Of a stretch of 43,223 nucleotides of DNA, positions 16,940 through 25,818 are shown one piece after another (the stretch's first letter is position 1; every line of letters starts with the position of its first letter). The DNA is taken from positions 1 to 43,223 of the forward strand of contig JAQBHB010000057.1 of NCBI GenBank assembly GCA_032128115.1. The letters run 5' to 3'. This DNA comes from Deltaproteobacteria bacterium (GTDB lineage Bacteria > Myxococcota_A > UBA9160 > SMWR01). Under the pieces are notes generated by a model. That model did not search any database, was not told the DNA's origin, and saw only the letters and a list, made by a program, of their open reading frames with translations. The position numbers were made by a program, and so were the translations under genes.

Positions 16940-18750
16940 CCGCATCCGCGGCCCCCGCGCCGACACTCCCGGGTACCACGCCCCTGCGTTCCGCGCTGCG
17001 GCGGCTGGGCGGCTACATACTCCGCAACCGCCTCTACTACGGAGTGTGGCTGCTGACGGTCCTGCTCTACACGGTGGGATTCGTCCTGTTCCCGATGCTG
17101 GTGGGCTGGAGTCTGCAGGCGGTGGTCGATCGCGACCCGAAGGAACTCGCGATACGGGTGTTCTGGACGATCGTCGCGGTGATCGCCACCTCCGTGCTGC
17201 GCTATTTCTCGCGGACCCTGGTCTTCAACGCCGCCCGCGAGATCGAGTACGAACTCCGCAATGACCTGTTCGCCCAGCTGCTGCGCCTTCCCCAGTCGTT
17301 CTATTTCCGGTGGCGCACGGGCGACATCATGAGCCGCTGTGTGAACGACGTGAACGCGCTGCGCCTGATGTTGGGGGTGGGCGTCCTGAACGTGGTCCAG
17401 ACCCCCATCCTGTACCTGGGCTCCTTCTCGGTGATGGCGTACCTGAACTGGAAGCTCGCGCTGCTGGTGCTGCTGCCGTACCCGGGCTTCGTGTGGATCG
17501 CGCGCGGCCTGGGGCGGGGGATCCACCGCTGGAGCCTGGCCGTCCAGGAAGGCCTGGCCACGGCCTCGAACCAGCTCCAGGAGACCATTTCGGGCATCGC
17601 CGTGGTGAAGGCCCACGCCATGGAGGGCGTCACGGCCAGCCGCTTCGAGGCGGCCAACCAGCAGCTCTTCGCCCGTCAGCTGCGGCTGGCGCGGGTCAAC
17701 GCGCTCATGCCCGCCATCGTGATGCTGCTGCCGGCCTCGGCCATGGGGATGATCCTGCTGGTGGGGGGGCCCGCGATCACCCGCGGTGAGATGACGGTGG
17801 CCGGCTTCTTCACCTTTGCCATGTACGTCTTCCAGCTCACCTTTCCCACGGTGATCATGGGCTGGGTGGTGGCGTTGGTGCAGCGGGGCACCGCTGCCAT
17901 GCAACGCCTGGACGAGCTGCTGTCGGTGGAGCCCGCCATCGTCGACCTGGCCCCGGCGGCCGTCGCGGACCTGCGGGGCCAGATCGAGTTCCGGAACCTG
18001 ACCTTCCGCTATCCCGGTGCGGAACGCGAGCCGGCGCTTCGCAACATCGACCTCACGGTTCCGGCGGGAACGACCCTGGGCATCGTGGGTCCCGTGGGCT
18101 CGGGCAAGAGCACGCTGGCATCGGTGATTCCGCGGCTCTACGAGGTGGAAGACGGCGTGGTCTTCATCGATGGCATCGACGTGAACCGCGTTCCGCTCCA
18201 GACCCTGCGCTCGAACATCGCCATGGTGCCCCAGGAGTCGTTCCTGTTCTCCATGAGCCTGGCCGAAAACATCGCATTCGGGTTGAACGACGCGGACCCC
18301 GTGCTGGTGGAGGAGGCCGCCACCCGGGCCCAACTCCGCAACGATGTGGACGAGCTTCCCCACGGCTTCGAAACGGTGGTGGGCGAGCGCGGTGTGATGC
18401 TCTCGGGCGGACAGCGTCAGCGCGCGGCCCTGGCGCGGGCGCTCGTCCTTCGCCCGGTGATCCTGATCCTCGACGACACGCTTTCGAGTGTGGACGCGGC
18501 CACGGAGAGGGCCATCCAGGACGAGCTCGACCAGGTCTTCGCCGGACGCACGGTGGTGGTGGTGTCGCACCGGGTGAGTGCCGTGCGCCACGCGGATCAG
18601 ATCGCGGTGCTCGATGAGGGAAGCATCGTCGAGCGCGGCAGCCACGCCCAGCTGGTGGCGGCGGGGGGCTTGTACGCGCGCCTGTCTCGCGACCAGGCCC
18701 TGGCCGAGGCGGTGGCCGAGCCGCTGGCCGCGGGCGGGGCCCACCCGTGA
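16936..18750 (+). CDS. Heterodimeric type IV ABC exporter, subunit A (MdlA/YheI-like)
   Basis: Start at ATG 16936, overlapping the GT2 stop. TMD plus NBD: GPVGSGKST, LSGGQRQR, Walker B ILILDD (catalytic E replaced by D), SHR. Confidence 0.9.
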   Translation: MTASAAPAPTLPGTTPLRSALRRLGGYILRNRLYYGVWLLTVLLYTVGFVLFPMLVGWSLQAVVDRDPKELAIRVFWTIVAVIATSVLRYFSRTLVFNAAREIEYELRNDLFAQLLRLPQSFYFRWRTGDIMSRCVNDVNALRLMLGVGVLNVVQTPILYLGSFSVMAYLNWKLALLVLLPYPGFVWIARGLGRGIHRWSLAVQEGLATASNQLQETISGIAVVKAHAMEGVTASRFEAANQQLFARQLRLARVNALMPAIVMLLPASAMGMILLVGGPAITRGEMTVAGFFTFAMYVFQLTFPTVIMGWVVALVQRGTAAMQRLDELLSVEPAIVDLAPAAVADLRGQIEFRNLTFRYPGAEREPALRNIDLTVPAGTTLGIVGPVGSGKSTLASVIPRLYEVEDGVVFIDGIDVNRVPLQTLRSNIAMVPQESFLFSMSLAENIAFGLNDADPVLVEEAATRAQLRNDVDELPHGFETVVGERGVMLSGGQRQRAALARALVLRPVILILDDTLSSVDAATERAIQDELDQVFAGRTVVVVSHRVSAVRHADQIAVLDEGSIVERGSHAQLVAAGGLYARLSRDQALAEAVAEPLAAGGAHP

Positions 18751-20654
18751 GCGATCCGGATCGCCGCGGCAACGGGGGCGCCCCCAGCGCCAGCGCCCAG
18801 GAGGCGATGCACGAGGAGGAGGCCCTCGGCAAGGCCTATGACGCGCGCATCCTGGGTCGTCTTTGGACCTATGTGGCGCCCTATTGGCGGTTGGTCGCGG
18901 TCAGCCTGTTGTTGGTGTTTCCCATGTTCGTGGCCGAGGCCGCACCGGCCTGGATCATCAAGGCGGGGCTCGACCGGCTGTTCCCCCGCGACGCGCTGGC
19001 CGAAGCGGGTGCCTTGAACGGGATCCTCGATCGCCTGTCGCGTGGGCTGGAAGCGCCAACTGGCGTGCCGCCCTTCCTGTGGCTGGCGGGGGTCTACTTC
19101 ACGCTGATGGCGGTCCAGGCGGGCCTGCAGTTCGCGTACTCGCTCCTGTCGTCGTACACGGGCCAGTACGCCATGCGGGATCTGCGGCGCGACGTGTTCA
19201 GCCACCTCCAGAAGCTCCATCTGGCGTTCTTCGATCGCTACCCGGTGGGCCGCCTGGTGACCCGGGCCACCAACGATGTGGAAAACGTGGCGGAGATGTT
19301 CAGTGCGGGAATCGTCGCGGCCGTCACCGACATCCTGAAGATGGCGGGCTTCGCGACGGTGCTGTTCCTGGTGGACGCCCGTCTTGCCCTCTACGCCTTC
19401 CTGGTGGTTCCGGTGCTGGCCGTGGCCGCGATGATCTTCCGCTTCAAGGCGCGGGCGGCGTACCGCCTGGTCCGGGTGCGCATCGCCCGCATCAACACCT
19501 ACATCCAGGAGAACGTCACCGGGATGAAGGTGGTGCAGTTGTTCACCCGCGAGCGCCGCAACCTTCGCGAGTTCGAACACCTCAACGCCGACCACCGGGA
19601 CTCCTGGCTCGAGTCGATCCGCTACGAGTCGATGCTCTTCTCTGCCATCGAGCTGGCTCAGGGTCTCACCATTGCGCTGATCCTCTGGATGGCCACGGGT
19701 CTGGCCGAACCCGGGTTGCTCTACCTCTTCATCGACTACATGCGGCGCTTCTTCATGCCGCTGCGCGATCTATCGGCCAAGTATTCGGTGATGCAATCGT
19801 CCATGGCCAGCAGTGAGCGCATCTTCCAGTTGTTGGACACGGAGCCTGCGGTGGTGGATCCCGTGTCGTCGGCCGCCGTCGCGCCGATTGCCGGTCCGCG
19901 CGGCAGTGTCGAGTTCGAGAACGTCTGGTTCGCCTACCAGGGCGAGGACTGGGTGCTGCGGGACCTGTCGTTCCGGGTGGAGCCGGGCGAGAAGGTGGCG
20001 CTGGTGGGCGCCACCGGCGCCGGCAAGACCACGATCATCAGTCTGCTGACGCGATTCTACGACGTTACCCGGGGCTGTATCCGCATCGACGGAATCGACC
20101 TGCGCGACATGTCCCAGGCGGTATTGCGACGGCGCCTGGCCATGGTGCTCCAGGACGTTTTCCTGTTCAGCGGGACCGTGGCGGACAACATCGCCCTGGA
20201 CCGGGACGACGTGGACGGCGAGGCCGTGCGCCAGGCCGCCAGGGCCGTGCAGGTGGATCGCTTCATCCGGGCCCTGCCCCAGGGCTACGACACGAACGTT
20301 CGCGAGCGGGGCGCCAACTTTTCGGCCGGCCAGCGACAGCTGCTGTCGTTCGCGCGCGCCCTGGCCCACGGGGCTGACATCCTGGTGCTTGACGAGGCCA
20401 CCAGCTCCATCGACACGGAGACCGAGTCCCTGGTGCAGCGGGGCATCCGCGTGCTGATGGAGCACAGGACCGCCCTGGTGATCGCCCACCGGCTCTCCAC
20501 CATCCAGGACGTGGACCGTATCTACGTGCTCCACAAGGGCCAGATCGTGGAGTCCGGGCCCCACGCCGAGCTGCTGGCCCGCGGGGGCGCCTACCATCGC
20601 CTCTACCGGCTCCAGTACGAGTCCCAGGAGCGCTCCTCGGCCGCTGCGGGCTAG
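18747..20654 (+). CDS. Heterodimeric type IV ABC exporter, subunit B (MdlB/YheH-like)
   Basis: EEEALGKAYD N-terminus. GATGAGKTT, degenerate signature FSAGQRQL, consensus LDEATSSID, AHR. GTGA overlap with subunit A. Confidence 0.9.
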   Translation: MSDPDRRGNGGAPSASAQEAMHEEEALGKAYDARILGRLWTYVAPYWRLVAVSLLLVFPMFVAEAAPAWIIKAGLDRLFPRDALAEAGALNGILDRLSRGLEAPTGVPPFLWLAGVYFTLMAVQAGLQFAYSLLSSYTGQYAMRDLRRDVFSHLQKLHLAFFDRYPVGRLVTRATNDVENVAEMFSAGIVAAVTDILKMAGFATVLFLVDARLALYAFLVVPVLAVAAMIFRFKARAAYRLVRVRIARINTYIQENVTGMKVVQLFTRERRNLREFEHLNADHRDSWLESIRYESMLFSAIELAQGLTIALILWMATGLAEPGLLYLFIDYMRRFFMPLRDLSAKYSVMQSSMASSERIFQLLDTEPAVVDPVSSAAVAPIAGPRGSVEFENVWFAYQGEDWVLRDLSFRVEPGEKVALVGATGAGKTTIISLLTRFYDVTRGCIRIDGIDLRDMSQAVLRRRLAMVLQDVFLFSGTVADNIALDRDDVDGEAVRQAARAVQVDRFIRALPQGYDTNVRERGANFSAGQRQLLSFARALAHGADILVLDEATSSIDTETESLVQRGIRVLMEHRTALVIAHRLSTIQDVDRIYVLHKGQIVESGPHAELLARGGAYHRLYRLQYESQERSSAAAG

Positions 20655-20837
20655 AAGCCCCGGCCCGCGTCGGGAGCCCCGGGCGAGCGGGTCCAGCGGT
20701 AGCGGCCGGTCGATTTCCGCTTGCGATGCCCCCCAGCGGGGTGTTACCAACTCCGCACCCCCCAGAATCGCCTCTGCGATTGCCAGCGTGCCGTCGGCTC
20801 GGGAGTGCCGTCGAGCCAGTCGGTAATCGAGGGCTGT

Positions 20838-23800
20838 GTGCACATCAAGACGCTGGAATTGAACGGTTTCAAGTCCTTCGTGGACAAGACCGTCTTGCGC
20901 TTCGAGGCGGGGATCACCGCGGTGGTCGGCCCCAACGGCTGCGGCAAGTCCAACGTGGTGGACGCAATGCGCTGGGCCATGGGCGAGCAGTCGCCCCGGC
21001 GGCTGCGTGGCAAGGCCATGGAGGACATCATCTTCGGGGGCTCGGACGAGCGCTCCCAGGTGGGCCTGGCCGAGGTGAAGCTCACCTTCGACAATTCCGA
21101 CGGCGCTGGCCCCGCCGCGTTCTCGTCCTACCGCGAGATCCAGGTGACGCGCCGCCTGTACCGCTCCGGAGAGTCCGAGTACCTCCTCAATGGCACCGAA
21201 TGTCGTCTGAAGGACGTGCTGGACTTCTTCCGCGACACGGGCATCGGCACCAAGGGCTACACCATCGTCGAGCAGGGGCGCATCGCCGAGATCGTGTCGG
21301 CCAAGCCCGAGGAGCGCCGCATCCTGATCGAAGAGGCGGCGGGCATCGGCAAATACAAGGCGCGCCGCAGCGAAGCGGAATCCAAGATCAAATCCACCGA
21401 GCAGAACCTGCTGCGGGTGAACGACGTACTCGGCGAGGTGCGCCGCCAGATCGGCTCCATCGAGCGTCAGGCGCGCAAGGCCGCCCGCTACAAGCGGCTG
21501 CGCGAGACGGTGCGGGTGGTGGAGCTCTCGCTGGCCGCCGACGAGCGCCGCGATCTGCTGGCGGGTTCCGAGGCAGCGAACCAGCGCCTGGTCCGCTTGC
21601 GCGACGAGCTCACCGGGCTCGAGACGAACCTGGCCGAGCGCGAGCTGGCGTTGCAGGGCAAACGCATCGAGCTGGTGGAGAGCGAGCGCATCCTGAACCA
21701 GGGCAGTGAGACGCTGCTCGGGCTGCGCACCGACATCAAACAACACGAAGGGCGCATCGAGTTCGGTCGACGCGAGCGCGAGTCGCTGGCGGAGACCGTG
21801 GGGGCGCGCCGGGAAGAGTGCGCGCGCCTGTTGGAGCAGCTGGCCACCCAGGAGGCCGAAGTCCAGGAGAGCGGCGAGGAGCTGCGCCTGCTGGAGGCGG
21901 CCGTGGATTCGGAGGCCCAGGTGCTGGCGGCCGCCGAGAGGACCGCGCTCGACGCCCGCGAACAGGTGCGGACGCTGGAGGCCGAGCGCGATCGGGCCAA
22001 CAGCGGTCTCGTGGAGGTGCTCACGTCGATCGCCCGGGCGGAAGACCGCCAGGCGGCGGTGGAGGATCGCGGCGCCGAGATCGACCGCCGGCTCCGGGGC
22101 GCAGACGCGGCCCTCGAGGTGGGGCAGTCCGAGGCGAGCCGCGTGGATCGTGAGCAGCGCAACCAGGAGGAGGGGCTTCGGGGCCTGCTCTCGGAGCGCG
22201 ATCGCCTGATGGGGCGGGTTCGCACGACCCTCGAGACCCACGAAGCCGCCGTCGAACGCGAGCGCAGGGCGGTGGCCCACCTGGCAGAGCTGCGCGAGAA
22301 GCGCGAGACGTGGCGAGCCCGGCTGGCTTCCCTGCGGGAGGTGCTGGAGCGGAATGAAGACGTGGGCGAAGGCACGCGGCACGTGCTCGGTCGCGACGAG
22401 GACGAGCGGCGCGCGTTCGGTGTGCGGGGACTCGTGCGCGACCTGCTCGAGGTGGATCGCGATGTGGAGCGCGCCGTGGAGGCGGTGCTTGCGGATCGCG
22501 CCGAGGCCATCGTGGTGGATCGCGCGGAAGGGGCGCTCTCGGCCCTGGAGGCCCTGCGCTCGGCCCGGGCGGGCCGCGGCGTCTTCCTGATCGCGCCGGA
22601 GTTCGAGCCAGGGCCCCGGGGCCTCGTGCCTCTGGGCGAGCCCCTGCTCGATCGGGTGCGCCCCCGGGAGGGTTTCGAGGCCCTGGCCCGCAGCCTGCTG
22701 GGCGGCGTGAACCTGGTGGGCAGCCTGCGCGAAGTGCTCGAGGTGTACGGCGGGTCGAACCTGCCGGCCACGTTCGTGACGCGTGCTGGCGACGTGATCG
22801 CCCGCGACGGCACCCTGCGCGGCGGCGAGAGCGCGCCGGCCGAGACGGCGCGCACCGGATTGCTGGGGCGGGTGGGAGAGATCCGTGAACTCCAGGCGAA
22901 GGTGACCGGGCTCGACGCCCAGGTGGGCTCCCAGCATGAGGAGCAGCAGGCAGCCGAGCAGGCGCGCGTGCAGGTTGCCGACGAGCTGGAGAACCTGCGA
23001 AACCGCCATCACACCGCAGCGCTCGCGGTGGCCAACCACGAGAAGGATCTCGAGCGCACGCTCGAGCGCGTGAAGACCCTGGGCGAGACCCACGAGGGTC
23101 GGGTGGCGGAGCGATCCGAGTTGTTGGCCGAGAGCGAGGCCCTGAGCGGCGAGCGCACGCGCCTCCTGGATGAGTTGGAGGCGGCTCGCAACGATCGCGC
23201 CACCCGACAGCGCCATCTCGAGGCCCTGGTCCTGCGCGTGGGCTCGGCCGGGCGCGAGGCGTTGCGCCTGGAGACGCTGGCCACCGAGCGGCGCGTGGAG
23301 CACGCGGGTCGTGCCGACAAGCGCGACCGCCTGCGCAGCGCCTTCGAGCGAGCGGGCAGTGCCGCTGGCGAGACCCGCGGCTGGATCGATCGCCGCGAGC
23401 AGGAGATTCGCGCCGCCGAGGAGCGCCGGGAGGAGCTGGCCGGTTCGATCGCAGAATCCGCGCGCGCTCTCGAGTCCCTGCTGCAGCGCGAGGAAGAGGC
23501 GCGCAGGATCAACGAGGCGCGGCGCGAGACCTACGAGGCGGCGGCCGCCCAGGTGGGCGAGGTGGAAGAGCGCATGCGCGAAATCCGGGGAGAGATCGGA
23601 ACCCGGCGCGATGAAGTGGGGGGTGCCGAGCTGAAGGCACGGGAAGCCGAGTTGCGCTTGACCCACCTGCTTGACTCGATTCGCGAGAAGTGGGAGGTGG
23701 ACCTGGCGACCTGGAGCCCTCCCGTAGTGGAAGAGGCAGCGGTGGCACCGCCCCTGCAGGAGCCCTCGACCGGGGCCGAGGCGGATCCCGAGGCCCACGA

Positions 23801-24506
23801 AGAGGCCGCGCCGGACGCCGCCCGCGATGCCCGGGAGAACGCCGAGCTGGCCAGGAAACCCAAGCCGGAACGCGCGGAGGCGCTCGATCGCCTCCGCAAG
23901 CAGCTACAGGGACTGGGTGACGTGAACCTGGGCGCCATCGAGGAGCACGAGGAGCTCTCCGAGCGCTACCGGTTCCTGGGCGAGCAGAAGGCCGATCTGG
24001 ATCGCACCCTGGAGTCGCTGCGCGACGCCATTGCGCGCATCAACCGCACCAGTCGCAAGCGTTTCCGCGAGACCTTCGAGCAGGTGAGCAAGCACTTCTC
24101 GGAGAACTTCCCGCGACTGTTCCGCGGCGGGAAGGCGAGCCTGTCCCTCACCGAGACCGAGGACGTGCTCGAGGCCGGCATCGAGATCCTGGCCCAACCG
24201 CCGGGCAAGCGTCTCCAGAACGTGAACCTGCTGTCGGGCGGCGAAAAGACGCTCACGGCCCTGGCCCTGCTGGTGGCGGTGTTCCAGGTGCGGCCGTCCC
24301 CGTTCTTCCTGCTGGACGAGGTGGACGCGGCGCTCGACGACGTGAACGTGGAGCGCTTCAACGAGATCGTTCGCGAGCTGTCGAGCGAATCCCAGTTCGT
24401 GGTGATCACCCACAACAAGCGCACCATCGAGGTGGCCGACCGCCTCTACGGCGTCACCATGGAACGCAAGGGCGCCAGCAAGCTGGTCTCCGTCGAGCTC
24501 CACTGA
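20838..24506 (+). CDS. smc: Chromosome segregation protein SMC
   Basis: Start placed at GTG 20838 (MHIKTLELNGFKSF). GPNGCGKSN, long coiled coils, hinge G-X6-G-X3-GG (GDVIARDGTLRGG), LSGGEK, LDEVDAALD, ITH. Confidence 0.95.
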   Translation: MHIKTLELNGFKSFVDKTVLRFEAGITAVVGPNGCGKSNVVDAMRWAMGEQSPRRLRGKAMEDIIFGGSDERSQVGLAEVKLTFDNSDGAGPAAFSSYREIQVTRRLYRSGESEYLLNGTECRLKDVLDFFRDTGIGTKGYTIVEQGRIAEIVSAKPEERRILIEEAAGIGKYKARRSEAESKIKSTEQNLLRVNDVLGEVRRQIGSIERQARKAARYKRLRETVRVVELSLAADERRDLLAGSEAANQRLVRLRDELTGLETNLAERELALQGKRIELVESERILNQGSETLLGLRTDIKQHEGRIEFGRRERESLAETVGARREECARLLEQLATQEAEVQESGEELRLLEAAVDSEAQVLAAAERTALDAREQVRTLEAERDRANSGLVEVLTSIARAEDRQAAVEDRGAEIDRRLRGADAALEVGQSEASRVDREQRNQEEGLRGLLSERDRLMGRVRTTLETHEAAVERERRAVAHLAELREKRETWRARLASLREVLERNEDVGEGTRHVLGRDEDERRAFGVRGLVRDLLEVDRDVERAVEAVLADRAEAIVVDRAEGALSALEALRSARAGRGVFLIAPEFEPGPRGLVPLGEPLLDRVRPREGFEALARSLLGGVNLVGSLREVLEVYGGSNLPATFVTRAGDVIARDGTLRGGESAPAETARTGLLGRVGEIRELQAKVTGLDAQVGSQHEEQQAAEQARVQVADELENLRNRHHTAALAVANHEKDLERTLERVKTLGETHEGRVAERSELLAESEALSGERTRLLDELEAARNDRATRQRHLEALVLRVGSAGREALRLETLATERRVEHAGRADKRDRLRSAFERAGSAAGETRGWIDRREQEIRAAEERREELAGSIAESARALESLLQREEEARRINEARRETYEAAAAQVGEVEERMREIRGEIGTRRDEVGGAELKAREAELRLTHLLDSIREKWEVDLATWSPPVVEEAAVAPPLQEPSTGAEADPEAHEEAAPDAARDARENAELARKPKPERAEALDRLRKQLQGLGDVNLGAIEEHEELSERYRFLGEQKADLDRTLESLRDAIARINRTSRKRFRETFEQVSKHFSENFPRLFRGGKASLSLTETEDVLEAGIEILAQPPGKRLQNVNLLSGGEKTLTALALLVAVFQVRPSPFFLLDEVDAALDDVNVERFNEIVRELSSESQFVVITHNKRTIEVADRLYGVTMERKGASKLVSVELH

Positions 24507-24512
24507 GATCCT

Positions 24513-25754
24513 TCAGCGCGTGATTCCCCTGCGCACTAGGCGCAACAGGAACGGCAGCGCCAACGCAACGCACAGCAGCTCGGACGCACCCGCCACCAGG
24601 AAGGCCGTTCGGTAACCCGTGAGCCAGTCCGTGCGGGCGGCCACCGCCTGGCTCACCAGGCCTCCAGTGAGCGGTCCCACGATGAAACCCAGGGAGCCGG
24701 CCGCATTGAACGCCGCCAGCGCCGTGCCGCGGATCTCGATCGGAGCGGCATCGGTGGTGACCACCAGCGACGGCACGAACATCACGGCGGCGCTGATTCC
24801 GAGCAAACCCATCAGCACGGGCAGCGCGGGCGCCGACCACCAGGTGAGGCTCGCCGTGGCCACGCCGTAGAAGACACTGCCCGCGCACAGCATGGCCACC
24901 TTGGAGTGCCGCTCCGCCAGCAGGCCAAAGGGCAGCGAGAACAGGGCGAAGGGCAACATGAACGCCGCCATCATCAGCCCGATTCCCGCCGACGAAAGTT
25001 CCAGGATCCGGCTCAGGTAGAGCGAGAAGGTGGTGGTGTAGAAGCCCACGGTGAAACGATCGGCGAAGGCGAAGGCCAGGGGTGCGAGCAACAGCCGGTT
25101 GTTGAGGATGCCCCGCAGGATCTGCGCGCCACTCGGCCGCTGGCCGTCGCCGTCCACGTCGGTGAGCACGAACCGGGCCAGCAGTGCTGCCGCGGCCACC
25201 AGCGCGGCGCCGGCGTACAGGGGAACCAGGGGGTCACGACTCCCGATGGCGCCGCCGATGGGGGCACCGATGGCCACGCCCAGGGTGATGCCTCCCCCCA
25301 CCAGCCCCATGATCCGACCGCGGCGTTCCGGGACCTGGCTGTTGGCGGCCAGGCTCAAGAGCAGGGAGAGCGCCGTGATGTGTGCGCAGCCCTCCAGGAA
25401 GCGCAGGCCCAGGAACACGGCGAACGGGACGGGCAGGGTGAGTGCGAAGAGCAACACGCCGTCGGCGGCCAGTGCGGCGGCGATCAGATCGCGTCGCCGC
25501 CCCAGGCGATCGGCGGCGGCTCCGGCCAGAGGGGCCGCGAAAACGGCACCCACCATGTTGATGGACATGAACAGCGACGTCAGGAACTCGGAGACACCGA
25601 AGCGCTGGTGCACCAGGTCGCGAAGCACCGGCACCGGCAGCGTCACCGGCACCAGCATCATCACCGCGAGCAGCCCCAGCCACAGGCTGCGAGCGCCCGC
25701 GTAGCTGCCGCTTCGGGCGTGCTCGCCCTTTGCCGTCTGGGGATTTCCTGCCAC
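24513..25754 (-). CDS. MFS transporter (DHA1-like)
   Basis: About 12 hydrophobic segments; motif A GAAADRLGRR; repeat motif GLLAERHSK. Confidence 0.85.
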   Translation of the reverse strand: MAGNPQTAKGEHARSGSYAGARSLWLGLLAVMMLVPVTLPVPVLRDLVHQRFGVSEFLTSLFMSINMVGAVFAAPLAGAAADRLGRRRDLIAAALAADGVLLFALTLPVPFAVFLGLRFLEGCAHITALSLLLSLAANSQVPERRGRIMGLVGGGITLGVAIGAPIGGAIGSRDPLVPLYAGAALVAAAALLARFVLTDVDGDGQRPSGAQILRGILNNRLLLAPLAFAFADRFTVGFYTTTFSLYLSRILELSSAGIGLMMAAFMLPFALFSLPFGLLAERHSKVAMLCAGSVFYGVATASLTWWSAPALPVLMGLLGISAAVMFVPSLVVTTDAAPIEIRGTALAAFNAAGSLGFIVGPLTGGLVSQAVAARTDWLTGYRTAFLVAGASELLCVALALPFLLRLVRRGITR

Positions 25755-25818
25755 CGACCGCGCAGCATACCGCCTCCCCCTTATGTCCCACGGGGGCGGC
25801 TGTTATCCTCCGCGCGCC

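Noticed and set aside
19770..23798. 1342-aa minus-strand ORF, and similar long antisense ORFs (10552-13233, 33556-36252, 36448-38829, 16780-18744, 5431-7611)
   Set aside because: They are shadows of well-supported genes on the opposite strand. They have no motifs, and stop-poor antisense frames are expected at this GC content.
20838..24506. SMC as part of a Wadjet/MksBEF defence system
   Set aside because: It is a canonical housekeeping SMC (hinge motif, near ftsY) with no jetABD/mks neighbours.
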